Source of the DNA: Guillardia theta CCMP2712 | Taxonomy: Eukaryota; Protista; Cryptophyta | Length of the DNA stretch: 64,000 nucleotides | Reading direction: 5' to 3' | NCBI RefSeq assembly: GCF_000315625.1 | Contig: NW_005434664.1 | Coordinates: forward strand, 1,035,228-1,099,227 | Shown here: positions 29,958-41,286 of the stretch, piece by piece | Numbering within the stretch: the first letter of the stretch is position 1 | How the letters are laid out: each line of letters begins with the position of its first letter | Program-made: the position numbers and the translations under genes | The notes under the pieces: generated by a model | What the model was told of the DNA's origin: nothing | Database searches by the model: none | Seen by the model: the letters and a program-made list of their open reading frames with translations, nothing else

Positions 29958-31150
29958 ATGGCAGTATCTGCACATGGCGATCGGTCTGATCTCTTGACGC
30001 GTCGCAGGCAACAACCCTTCAAGAGCTCAATGCTGTTATAGCACAGAAGAATGCTCCTGCCATTGCCTACTTCCGCGCTTCCTGGGCCCCGATGTGTACA
30101 CAGGTTCAACCTTGCTAGGAGGATCCAGGGTTGCCGGCCTCTAAGAATCTTTGCAGACGGACGCGATCCTGAATCAGCTCGTGAAGGACTGTCCCAACGT
30201 CATCTTCGTCTCGATCGAAGCTGAGGAGTCAGAGGTCTGCATTCTGACCCTTGGAGTGCATGGAACAAGGCGCGTGATCCTCATCTATGGCAGGAGATTG
30301 TCGACAAGTATGAAGTCTCCTCGGTCCCAGCGTTTGTCAGCATTGAGGTGAAGCGCAGGGAGCTGGTGGGGGTGGGGGTCTGTTGACTAGTGGGCAGGGG
30401 GGGAAGAAAACTGGAATCATTGTCGGCGCAAACGCTCCCGAGATCTCAAAGATGGCAGTACAGCTGGACAAGAAGACCAGCAGCAGCACACCTGTCACAA
30501 CGCGCTCGGCCGACGACGGCGCAAGTGCAGCACCTCTCCCGCTGAACCAGCGCCTCGAGAAACTCGTTAGTCGAGAGCCCGTCATGCTCTTCATGAAGGG
30601 AGCTCCCGGCGCTGAGCGCTGCGGCTTCAGCAGACAGATCGTCTCGCTCCTGGACCAGCAGGGCATCAAGTACGGGCACTTTGACATCCTGGAGGACGAG
30701 GAGGTGCGGCAGGGGCTGAAGGAGTACTCCAAGTGGCCGACGTACCCGCAGCTGTACTCGAAGGGGAAGCTCGTGGGAGGGCTGGACATAGTCAAGGAGC
30801 TGATTGAAGAGAACGAACTTAAGGACACCCTCGGAGCTGGTGGATCTGACCTCAACTCAAGGCTACAACAGCTCGTTAGTCGAGAGCCCGTCATGCTCTT
30901 CATGAAGGGAGCTCCCGGCGCCGAGCGCTGCGGCTTCAGCAGACAGATCGTCTCGCTCCTGGACCAGCAGGGCATCAAGTACGGGCACTTTGACATCCTG
31001 GAGGACGAGGAGGTGCGGCAGGGGCTGAAGGAGTACTCCAAGTGGCCGACGTACCCGCAGCTATACTCGAAGGGGAAGCTGGTGGGAGGGCTGGACATAG
31101 TCAAGGAGCTTGCAGAGTCAGGAGACTTGAAGAGCGAGATGGGGATTTAG
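29958..31150 (+). CDS. Multidomain monothiol glutaredoxin (PICOT/Grx3-4/GrxS17 type): Trx-like domain + two CGFS Grx domains
   Basis: [12 protein letters not shown] (Trx-like), SSVPAF, then two copies of VMLFMKG...CGFS...[19 protein letters not shown]. Start approximate. Confidence 0.93.
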
Positions 31151-31270
31151 CCCTTCACTGAGAATAAACTTGAGTCTGAGTGGCTGCACACTTCACGAGC
31201 AGAGCTTCAGTGAGTGTTGTAAGTGATTCGCACTACCCAATCATCGGAAGTGCCGGGCCGTTTGCGGTCT

Positions 31271-31370
31271 CACTTCTACTAAGGGACTTCTGACTTCTAC
31301 TAAGGAACTTCTAACTTCTACGAAGGGACTGCTCACTTCTACTGAGGAACTTCTCACTTCTACTAAGGGA
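31271..31370. repeat. 21-bp tandem repeat, about 5 copies (consensus CACTTCTACTAAGGGACTTCT)
   Basis: Direct reading. On the minus strand it reads as VEVRSPL heptads. Confidence 0.9.
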
Positions 31371-31583
31371 TTAACAGACACTGAGATCTTCTCACCATTG
31401 GCTTTCCCGCTTAACAACAACGCAAGGGCCATCTCGATCCCTCTCAGATACCATGCAAGGAACTATCCAGCTATGTAGGGTGTTCAAGCTGCTCGTGCCT
31501 TCCGCCCTCCACCCCTCCTGCTCGTAGCATTGCCCTTTATTCCCTTCCTACACACTCAACACAACCTAGCTCCCCTCCCTCCT

Positions 31584-31775
31584 CTACCTGAAGTCCGTCC
31601 TCAGGTTCCTCCCGTCCGTCACCACGCACGCCGTAGCGCCGCAGCCGTAGTACTCGAGAAACGTCCCCGGGCTCAGCGCCCCTGTGGCCTTCTCGGCCGG
31701 GCGGGGAGGGACCGACTCAGCAGGCAGCGCCATCGCGCATGACGCCGTCGAGGCAGCGGGGCTTGCGATGCACAT
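31584..31775 (-). CDS. FLxFYG-family copy C (first exon; likely splices at CAG|GTAGAG)
   Basis: MCIASP...GTFLEYYGCGATACVVTDGRNLRTDF. Confidence 0.5.
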   Translation of the reverse strand: MCIASPAASTASCAMALPAESVPPRPAEKATGALSPGTFLEYYGCGATACVVTDGRNLRTDFR

Positions 31776-32490
31776 GGGCAAGCAAACAGCAGCGAAGAGA
31801 GGTCGGAAGGAGGGGAAGACGAGGAGGCGAGGCGTGAGGGCAGACAAGGCAAGGCAGCGGCTCGGGACGAGGACGGCAGGAGATCGAGGCTCAAGTAGCA
31901 GGAGGGGCAGGAGGAGGGGCAAGACGTGAAGGGAGGCGGTGGGGGGCTATCCTGTACGTCACACTACTAGTATGGGGGGAGTCGGGCTGAACCTCAACGG
32001 TTGGTCGGGGGAACGGAGTGAAGAGGTTGGTACCGTGACGCCTGACACTCCTCGTGACCGCTGACGGACGGTTGGCGGGGAGGACCCAGCCGCCTGCCGT
32101 GACATGCAGTGCTGACGTCGGATCCCCTTTCAACACTGTGGTCTTAACTGCACTGACACTATCCCGCATCGAAACGGTGAAGTTTCGCTTGCAAAGAGTC
32201 CCCAGCCCGCCACGGTCAGCGGAGGCTGACAGGGCCAGGAAGCTTGTCTACCATCCCTGTTGCCCGGCTCTCTCCTCCCGTCCTCCCGTCCTCCCGTCCT
32301 CCCGTCCTCCCGTCCTCCCGTCCTCCCGTCCTCCCGTCCTCCCGTCTTCCCGTCCTCCCGTCCTCCCGTACTTGCGTGTCGCTTGCTCTGCCTCTGCCTC
32401 CTGGCCTTGTGCTTTCTCCCCTGTCTCCTCCTTCGCCCCTTACACATGCTTGGCCCTCCTCCTTGTTCTCCACACTCGTCAAACAGCACG

Positions 32491-32766
32491 ATGCGGCAGG
32501 AGCCTTCAGCTGCAGAGGACTTCCTCTACTTCTACGGCTCAAGCCATACGACCTGCGTGGTCTCCAGCCCCGACAACCTCCTCACCGACTTCACGTCTCT
32601 CCCAGCCGCATCCTCCTCTTGCTCCTGCTCCGCCTCCTTGTCGTCGTCATCTTCGTCGGTGTGGACAGCAGGAGCCGGGTCTGCCTTGCATCGTCACCTC
32701 AAGTCTGGCCGCCAAGCGACCCACCGTTGCTCGGACCGGGTGATTGCTTTCGGGCTATGCGAGTAG
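32491..32766 (+). CDS. FLxFYG-family copy D
   Basis: MRQEPSAAEDFLYFYGSSHTTCVVSSPDNLLTDFTSL. Confidence 0.55.
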   Translation: MRQEPSAAEDFLYFYGSSHTTCVVSSPDNLLTDFTSLPAASSSCSCSASLSSSSSSVWTAGAGSALHRHLKSGRQATHRCSDRVIAFGLCE

Positions 32767-33444
32767 CCATGCAGCGCCTCCAAGAGCGGAGGAGCTTGTA
32801 CGATAGGATAGCAGCCCGCTTGCTTGCTGCACGGGTCCTGCTGGTAGGGGCTAGGCATGATTGCACAACGGCCTGCAGAGCGGCCGCTTGTTGATGGCTA
32901 CAATACAAACAACATATGACTAACGGCTCATCATCACCCTCGTCTATGTCCTCACAGTTTCAGGACAGGCTGTTGCCTGTACTGCTGCACGTGCAGGGTA
33001 CCGATGACTCAATCATGCATGCCTGAGACTACCATCGCCGTCTGCACCCTCTCCGATCACTCAGGGAAGCTTGCAACCATACCAACAAACATACCATCTC
33101 CATGCGCGGCATTGAGCTGACGTTGACTTACCCATGACAGTATCCTCTGCCCCTTCTGGGCAATCAATGCTGCCAGTGAGATCCGCTCCCTCATCACTAC
33201 CTGACAGTCTAGCACCGCACTTGACTACTCAGCGATCGCTCAGAGGTATGTGCCCGTCAGAGCCCATGCCAAGTCAGCTGCCACAGGGATTCTGACAATG
33301 GAGACGTCGAGCCATGATCTGTGCTGATTGATGACAAGAAACAGGCACACAGCTCAGGGCTTCCGCCCTCCACCCCTCCTGCTCGTAGCATTGCCCTTTA
33401 TTCCCTTCCTACACACTCAACACAACCTAGCTCCCCTCCCTCCT

Positions 33445-33636
33445 CTACCTGAAGTCCGTCCTCAGGTTCCTCCCGTCCGTCACCACGCACGCCGTAGCGC
33501 CGCAGCCGTAGTACTCGAGAAACGTCCCCGGGCTCAGCGCCCCTGTGGCCTTCTCGGCTGGGCGGGGAGGGACCGACTCAGCAGGCAGCGCCATCGCGCA
33601 TGACGCCGTCGAGGCAGCGGGGCTTGCGATGCACAT
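33445..33636 (-). CDS. FLxFYG-family copy E (duplicate of C; further exons likely in the spacer)
   Basis: Same peptide as C. Spacer holds a GT-AG bounded minus-strand segment VVMRERISLAALIAQKGQRILSW. Confidence 0.5.
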   Translation of the reverse strand: MCIASPAASTASCAMALPAESVPPRPAEKATGALSPGTFLEYYGCGATACVVTDGRNLRTDFR

Positions 33637-34295
33637 GGGCAAGCAAACAGCAGCGGAGATAGGTCGGAAGGAGGGGAAGACGAGGAGGCGAGGCGTGAGG
33701 GCAGACAAGGCAAGGCAGCGGCTCGGGACGAGGACGGCAGGAGATCGAGGCTCAAGTAGCAGGAGGGGCAGGAGGAGGGGCAAGACGTGAAGGGAGGCGG
33801 TGGGGGGCTATCCTGTACGTCACACTACTAGTATGGGGGGAGTCGGGCTGAACCTCAACGGTTGGTCGGGGGAACGGAGTGAAGAGGTTGGTACCGTGAC
33901 GCCTGACACTCCTCGTGACCGCTGACGGACGGTTGGCGGGGAGGACCCAGCCGCCTGCCGTGACATGCAGTGCTGACGTCGGATCCCCTTTCAACACTGT
34001 GGTCTTAACTGCACCGACACTATCCCGCATCGAAACGGTGAAGTTTCGCTTGCAAAGAGTCCCCAGCCCGCCACGGTCAGCGGAGGCTGACAGGGCCAGG
34101 AAGCTTGTCTACCATCCCTGTTGCCCGGCTCTCTCCTCCCGTCCTCCCGTCCTCCCGTCCTCCCGTCCTCCCGTACTTGCGTGTCGCTTGCTCTGCCTCC
34201 ACCTCCTGGCCTTGTGCTTTCTCCCCTGTCTCCTCCTTCGCCCCTTACACATGCTTGGCCCTCCTCCTTGTTCTCCACACTCGTCAAACAGCACG

Positions 34296-34571
34296 ATGCG
34301 GCAGGAGCCTTCAGCTGCAGAGGACTTCCTCTACTTCTACGGCTCAAGCCATACGACCTGCGTGGTCTCCAGCCCCGACAACCTCCTCACCGACTTCACG
34401 TCTCTCCCAGCCGCATCCTCCTCTTGCTCCTGCTCCGCCTCCTTGTCGTCGTCATCTTCGTCGGTGTGGACAGCAGGAGCCGGGTCTGCCTTGCATCGTC
34501 ACCTCAAGTCTGGCCGCCAAGCGACCCACCGTTGCTCGGACCGGGTGATTGCTTTCGGGCTATGCGAGTAG
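34296..34571 (+). CDS. FLxFYG-family copy F (duplicate of D)
   Basis: Identical peptide to D. Confidence 0.55.
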   Translation: MRQEPSAAEDFLYFYGSSHTTCVVSSPDNLLTDFTSLPAASSSCSCSASLSSSSSSVWTAGAGSALHRHLKSGRQATHRCSDRVIAFGLCE

Positions 34572-34859
34572 CCATGCAGCGCCTCCAAGAGCGGAGGAGC
34601 TTGTACGATAGGATAGCAGCCCGCTTGCTTGCTGCACGGGTCCTGCTGGTAGGGGCTAGGCATGATTGCACAACGGCCTGCAGAGCGGCCGCTTGTTGAT
34701 GGCTACAATACAAACAACATATGACTAACGGCTTATCATCACCCTTGTCTATCGGTGATGTTCGATGGCATTAATGCCAAGTTGCGCCCACTGTGGCTCC
34801 GGCTTACTTCAAGCCTCGCTGCAGGCTGAGGCCTGAGATTCGACTTGCCGAGGACCGTG

Positions 34860-35930
34860 GCATCATGAAGGCCGTTCTTCCAGGGTCACTCGGAGCCTCA
34901 GGGCCTGGGCCGCCGCCTCCGAGCGAGGCATTGCATATGTCACAGTGTTCAGCCCTGGCCGGGCAGCACGGCGGCGACCATGACTCAGTCGGCCACTACC
35001 GGGTCCGGATGATCCGATCGGACGGGGACGTCGGACCGACCGTTTATTTGGTCACAGAGTCAGCTTGACGGTCCGATCATCGGATGGCAGCCGAGCCGGG
35101 GCTATACGCCGTCTGCCATGATCTGATCTGATCACTGCACTGCGGCACCCGGTGACCCGGCCGGGCCCGGCCGGGCCGGGCGGCGCATCGAAGCCGCCGA
35201 GTCCGACTCCCGGAGTCCCGGTCGGAGCGCCGGGCTGGTCCGGGCCGGGGAGTCGGCGGCGACGGATCGGATCGAGTATCGGATGACAGTGATCCGACTC
35301 AGTGACTCGATCTGCCGACCGGGCCGGGCCGCCGCCCGCCGGCGGTGCCCGGCGCTCGGAGGCGGGAGTCGGAGTTCCGAGTCACGAGTCGGACTCACAA
35401 TGATCCGATGATCAGCGGGGGCGGGCCCGGCCGGGCCGGCCGGCCGGGCGACGGGCGCCGCACACGGCCCGGCCGGCGACCGGGTCCGGCCGCACTGCCC
35501 GGCCCACCGCGGCACCGGCGCGGAGTCGGAGAGTCGCCCAGCCTGGACCCGTACGGTGCCAGGTCACAGTGAGCCGCCGCTGCCGCTACGGCCGGCCGGG
35601 CCCGGCCGGTCCGACAGTACGGTGGCAGTGCGGCCGCCTCCCGGCGGGCGCCGGCCGGGGCGACCGTCGGACTGAGAGTCGGGCCGGTCGGCCCGGGCCC
35701 GGGGGCCCGGGGAGTCCGAACTTTCTTCGGAAGCGGCCCGGAGTACGGTCCGATCCGGCGGTCCGATCCGACTCGAGTCACTGCAAGTCCGCCGTGACGG
35801 TGACGCCGGGTCACCGGGTGATCGGACGGATCCGACGGAGTCACGTACCGTGCCAGTACCGTACGGCGGGCCCCCGGGGCCCGGCCCTGTCGTCCCGAGG
35901 CCGGCTTGCTCTGTACGGTAGGTGGGCGTA
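34860..35930. other. GC-rich palindromic island
   Basis: CCGATCGG, GACTCAGTGACTC, CGGCCGGGCCCGGCCG, GTACCGTACGG motifs. Confidence 0.8.
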
Positions 35931-36941
35931 GAGACTACGTCCTTCCCGTTAAGTTGTGGCAGGTAGGGGTGGGGTTGTTCTGCTAGATGATAGTACGGGT
36001 GGTATCTGAAGATTGTATGTGGACCCCCTTCCATTCCTCATTCGGAGGCTAGACAGGAAAGCTCGAGATGACGGGTGGTAGGCCTAAAAAATGGGGGTGA
36101 GTGTGAGGGAGGGGTTCTTTGGTGGGGTGGGTAGTGTGCTAGAGTGGGTGAGAGTCTCTAGCAAGGGATTGGGAATGCAGAGGGGTTTCAAGCCATGGGC
36201 TCGAAGTGAGGAGCGAGATGAGGAGCCGAGGAAATGGAGAGCCGAGGAGGGGAGAGGAGAAGAGGAGAGGGGAGGAGAGGATGAGAGGAGGAGCAGTAGG
36301 AGGGGGGGGGGGGGGGGGGGGACCCGAACAGAGCAAATGACGAGACGGAGTAACAAAAATGATGGAGAGGGGAGAAGCAAAAGGGAAGGAGAAAGTGGAA
36401 AGAATGAGAGAAGGAGGGAAAGCGGAGAGGGAAAAAAATAGAATGAAAGTAGAAGACACGAGGACGATGTCGAGGGGGTTCGGGTGGCAATTGGAGTACA
36501 AGAGCACGGGGAGATTACAAAAGAGGACAGGAGACTTTTTCGGCGTGTCTGTTTTATAAGCCAAAACAAGACAAATCAACATCCCCAAGTTCGTTTTATA
36601 GACTCTATGACGACAGAGAACACATGCTTTGCGATGTATGCCAACAAGATTTGTAAGAACACATTGTATCAGTGTAGAAAGCTAGTGTCCAATATGAAGA
36701 AAGTGGGCAAGCAGCATTTTTAGAGTGCGGCAGTAAGCTGCCCTGTTTAGCACCTGGTATGAGAAGGATCTCGTCCCTGGGCACAAAATCCTACAAGGAT
36801 GCTGGGGCAAATCATGTGAATAGGCTTGCGAGAAGGACAACTGAAGTGGAATGATGCAGGTCTGAAGCCATGAAGCGATCCTCGAGCGGGTGAGGAGTTT
36901 GATCGCACTAGGTTGTACATGTCATGATTTCAAACATCAGC

Positions 36942-39900
36942 ATGAGCGGCAAGGGCACCACGAGGACGGGGAGTGGCTCAGGAGTGCACGCGATCAACAT
37001 CGGGCTGTGTGCTATGGACAAGAAGGTGGCGTGATGGTGATTTGAAGAGTGTTGCTGAGTGTTGGCAAGGTTGATGGAAAGCCGATGAGAGAGCTTGTTC
37101 AACGCCTTTCCAAGTGACTTGACCACTGTCAGATGTACCGAGTGTGTGACTGTGATCTTGATGAACAGGGCGGGGGAGTTTTCCTTCACTCTGTTCGGAG
37201 ACGATTTGATCTTGAACAAGTGATAGTTCCACGTGCTGTAGCTGGAAGTGACTCTGTGACAAAGGCCCGTCGAAGAGTGGCCGACCTGCGATGTCCTGAT
37301 CGCCTTCTACTCGGGAGGTGAGCATGTTCTTGGTTGGCCCTGCATGACTTCCCTCTCCAAGGGTTTCCGCTCAAGAAGGCCATGGACTATGCCGAGATGC
37401 ACCCTGAGATGCACCTGCTCAACGATCTAGAGGTGGGAAGCTGTTGAGCTGGGGGGTGCCTGGCATGCCTGACCCTCTTCTCCGGCTCAGGTGCAGAACA
37501 TGTTGTTCGACAGGAGATGCGTGTATAAGATGCTCACCGACAACGGCATCCCGGTACCGCACCATGTCTTCTGCAACCGAGGAGAAGACAAAGTGGGGCT
37601 CTTCATCCCTGGAATGGCGAAACCTGGCCCGCCATGGCCCACCAGCCACTTCGAGGAATTTGAAGATTACATCATCTGCGATGGAGTGAGGATCAACAAG
37701 CCTTTCGTGGAGAAGCCTGTTTCAGGAGAGGACCACAACGTCTGGATCTACTACCCAAGATCTGCCGGCGGAGGAATCAAGAAACTGTTCAGGAAGGTTG
37801 ACAACAAGTCTTCTGACTTCTTCCCTGATGAGAATGAGACGCGCAAGGAGGTTGACAAGCATGTTCTGCCAAGCCCAGCTGATCTGAGACTGTTTGACAG
37901 GGCTCGTACATTTACGAGGAGTTCATGACCACCGACGGTACAGATGTCAAGGTAGGTGTATGAGATGTGACAGGCTGCTTGTCATTCTTGCTTGTCAAGG
38001 TCTATGCTGTCGGCCCGGAGTACGCGCATGCTGAGGCAAGGAAGTCGCCGGTTGTGGATGGGGTGGTGCAGCGATCGGACGACGGTAAGGAGATCCGATA
38101 CCCTGTGATGCTGTCGAGGAGGCAGAAGAGAATCGCCCATGATGTGGTGATGGCGTTCAAGCAGACAGTCTGCGGCTTCGATCTGCTGGTGTGCGGAGGG
38201 AAGAACTACGTGTGCGACGTGAACGGATGGAGCTTCGTCAAGAACTCTCAGCGCTTTTGGGATGATGCGACATGCACTCTGCGGCAGATGATTTTCTTAG
38301 AGCAGAGGAGGAGGAGGCGGCTGGGACATGGCTTCGCTCCTGAACCTCGTGTCCGCTCCTTCAACGACCTGGAAGTCCTCCATCCCATGCACCCTCACGA
38401 TGAGAACGCGAATGAGAGTGAAGAGGGCGCCAAGGAGGTGGATAAGGAGAAGGAGGAGGACGCAGAGGAGGAGGAGCCCGAGGAGCCAGAAACCGAGCAG
38501 CTCCGCTGCGTCATCGCGATCATCCGTCACGGCGACAGGACGCCGAAGCAGAAAATGAAGCTCAAGATTCAGCGGGATGGACCTTGCCAGGCGATCTTCG
38601 ACCTCTTCTCCAAGATGTCTGACCCTGAGAAACCGACCAAGGAGGTGAAGCTCAAGACCGCCAAGGAGCTGACCACCATGCTCGACACGACGAGGACCAT
38701 GCTGCGGCAGCTTCGGCAGAGCGACGACGAGGAGGCAGGGGAGGAGCTGAAGAGCAAGCTAGAGCAAATGAGGTCTGTGCTGGAGAAGGGAGGAAAGTTC
38801 TCGGGGATCAACCGCAAAGTTCAGATCAAGCCGACCAAGTTCGAGGCGGCGTCGCCAGAGGGGCAGGGGGAGCGGAGCGAGAGCTACGGGCAGGTCATCG
38901 AGCTCCTCATCGTGGCCAAGTGGGGAGGAAGCTTGACAGACCTCGGGAAGGCGCAGGCGGCAGAGCTGGGCGAGAGGTTCCGAGACGAGCTCTACCCCGG
39001 TGACTCCACCACCTTCTTGCGCCTGCACAACTCGTACCGGCACGATCTCAAGATCTACTCGTCGGACGAGGGGAGGGTGCAGATGACGGCTGCTGCCTTC
39101 ACCAAGTCCTTCCTGGGGCTGGAGGGCGAGTTGACTCCCATCCTCGTCTCCCTCGTGTCCAAGGATCGCAACGCGCACTCGATGCTCGACCCGAGCGGGG
39201 TGAACCTCAGCAAGGGGATCCAGGAAGAGGTCAAGGCAACGCTGCGGGGGATTCTATCGAGAAACGAGGACATCACAGACATCAGCACCAAGGAGTTCAA
39301 CGCGCTCTCGAGCGCCGTGGTCAACGCGATCAAGGCGATCAGGAACCCGACGGAGAAGCTGACGGAGCTAAGGAAAAGCATCTACCGCCTGCTGGCCGAG
39401 CTTGACGAGCACATTAAGAAGCAGAAGCTAGCTGTGAGGCTGGACCCGCACGACCCCGAGCACAGCAGCGACGTGGCGGACATGATCGACCTGGAGAACG
39501 GGGAGACCCTGCGGCTGATGCACTCGAGGTGGAAGAAGCTGTACGATGACCTCTGGGACGAGAAGGGCGAGACGTTCGACATCTCCAAGATCCCCGATGT
39601 GTACGACTGCTGCAAGTACGACGCAATACACACACAGCCGCGGCTGGGCCTGAAGGAGCTGGAGAACACGTACAAGATTAGCAGGCAGCTTTCGGAGTTC
39701 GTCGCGCCGTCCGAGTACGGGCTGACGAGGAGGCAGCGGCTGGACATTGGCAGCACCATCTGCCGCAACCTCATTGACAAGATCAGCATTGACATCGAGA
39801 GCGCCCTGCTGAAACCCAAGATGGAGAACGAGGAGGCGATCTCCGAGTCAGACGACGAGAACGAGGGGACGCTGAGACTGAACCCGGACTTCATGAATGA

Positions 39901-40336
39901 CGAGGACTTCATCGACCACCAGATCAAGACGAGGCTCTATTTCACCTCCGAGTCTCACGTTCACTCCATCCTCAACACCCTCCGCTACTACTACCATGTG
40001 GACTCTCAGTCCAAAAGGAACGCCGTCTTCTCCCCCGAGTCCCAGCTAGCGCTCAATGTCATCCCCGAGTTCGACTACCTCTCTCAGATCGTCTTCAAGG
40101 TCTACGAGAATCTCACGGTCGCCGAGACAGACTCTCGCAGGTACTTCATGCGCATCGGCGTCAGCCCAGGAGTAGCAGGAAACTGCATCGAGCTCCATGA
40201 AGGAAGCTGCGGCGCGCGCGGCTGCCAACCTCTGCAGTGGCTGAGCCCCGACGGAGAGATACTGAGAGCGCAGACGTTCCTCAGAATCTGCAAGAAAATC
40301 TCCCAGAGAGTGGACCAGCAGCGAGACGGCCTGTAA
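36942..40336 (+). CDS. PPIP5K: Inositol hexakisphosphate / diphosphoinositol-pentakisphosphate kinase (ATP-grasp kinase + histidine-phosphatase domain)
   Basis: IGLCAMDKK, EEWPTCDVLIAFYS-GFPLKKA, KPFVEKPVSGEDHNVWIYYP, YAHAEARKSPVVDG, CGFDLL..YVCDVNGWSFVK, RHGDRTPKQKMK, YSSDEGRVQMTAAAF, RLYFTSESH. A further 3' exon after ~40677 is possible. Confidence 0.96.
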
Positions 40337-40769
40337 GCCCCCTCCTCCTCTCCTGTCCTGTTCGCCCTCCTGCCTCTCTCACATGGCCAGCCCCCGTCCC
40401 CGGTCCCCTCCCTCATCTTTCCTCTCTCGTTTCTCTTGTCCTTTCCTCGAGTCTGACTGTCTTGCTCGGTGCAGTCTGCAAGCGCGAAAGGATCTTGAGA
40501 AGCCTCCTTCTCCTGTGGTAACGACTCCTCTTCAACCTTGTCTTTCTCGCTGATCTCCTGAACCCTCCTAGTCCTCCTCTCCTCAGGGCCTCCTCCTCCT
40601 CCTCCTCCTCCTCCTCCTCCTCGGCTCCACCTCCACCACATCATCCTCCTCCTTCCCCCTGCTGACCAGTGCCCCAGGTCAAGAACGGATCGTCAGAGGT
40701 CAAGACTCTTGCATAAGCGCCACTTAAACTTTGTAAACCTACACTGTGACACGTCTGATGAGCCTACCG

Positions 40770-41000
40770 TACGGTTCGAAAAATCGGAAGCTTACCGTAC
40801 CGTACTAAGAGCGGCTGGCCCTGGTCAGAGTCACCCTATGACCGTACCGTACCGTACTACTATGATACTGCCCGGCCACACCTCAGTGCCGGGCCGCCGG
40901 GCCCGGCCGTCGGGCCCGGCCGTCGGGCCCGGCCGTCGGGGGCCGACTGGATCATGATCCGGCCCGGGCCTGCCCGGCGGCGGCGGCGCGGCCGGGCTGA
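40770..41000. other. Short GC-rich palindromic island
   Basis: ACCGTACGGT, CCGTACCGTACCGTAC, (GGGCCCGGCCGTC)x3. Confidence 0.7.
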
Positions 41001-41286
41001 AAACTTTTAAACGGTTATGGATTCTGCAATGCAATAACCGACGGTGTGGAACAATGGCAGGGGACGCATATTCGAAGCAATGGGCGGTCGCCGTCGCCGC
41101 ATGCGGTGAGAGGAGGAGGAGGAGGGAGAAGAGACATGAAACAGAACGAGAAGATCAAGTAGGAGTTGGAGGAAGAAGGCAACAAAGAGAACGACCTTCT
41201 CCCGTCAGAACCCAACAGGATGAGTTAGTGGGGGTCGAAAGGAGGGAGGGGATACTCGATGGAGTAGCTTAGCCTGGGTGGTATCC

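Larger units (their letters stand above)
31499..32947. repeat. 1.4-kb direct repeat, copy 1
   Basis: Near-identical to 33360-34752. The length difference is in an internal (CCTCCCGT)n-type array. Confidence 0.97.
33360..34752. repeat. 1.4-kb direct repeat, copy 2
   Basis: Starts 1861 bp after copy 1; separated from it by a 412-bp unique spacer. Confidence 0.97.

Noticed and set aside
30337-31104. 255-aa minus-strand ORF with an internal repeat
   Set aside because: Antisense shadow of the glutaredoxin exon.
31499-34752. LTR retrotransposon or TRIM
   Set aside because: No TG...CA termini, target-site duplication, PBS/PPT or gag/pol seen; better explained as a partial tandem duplication.
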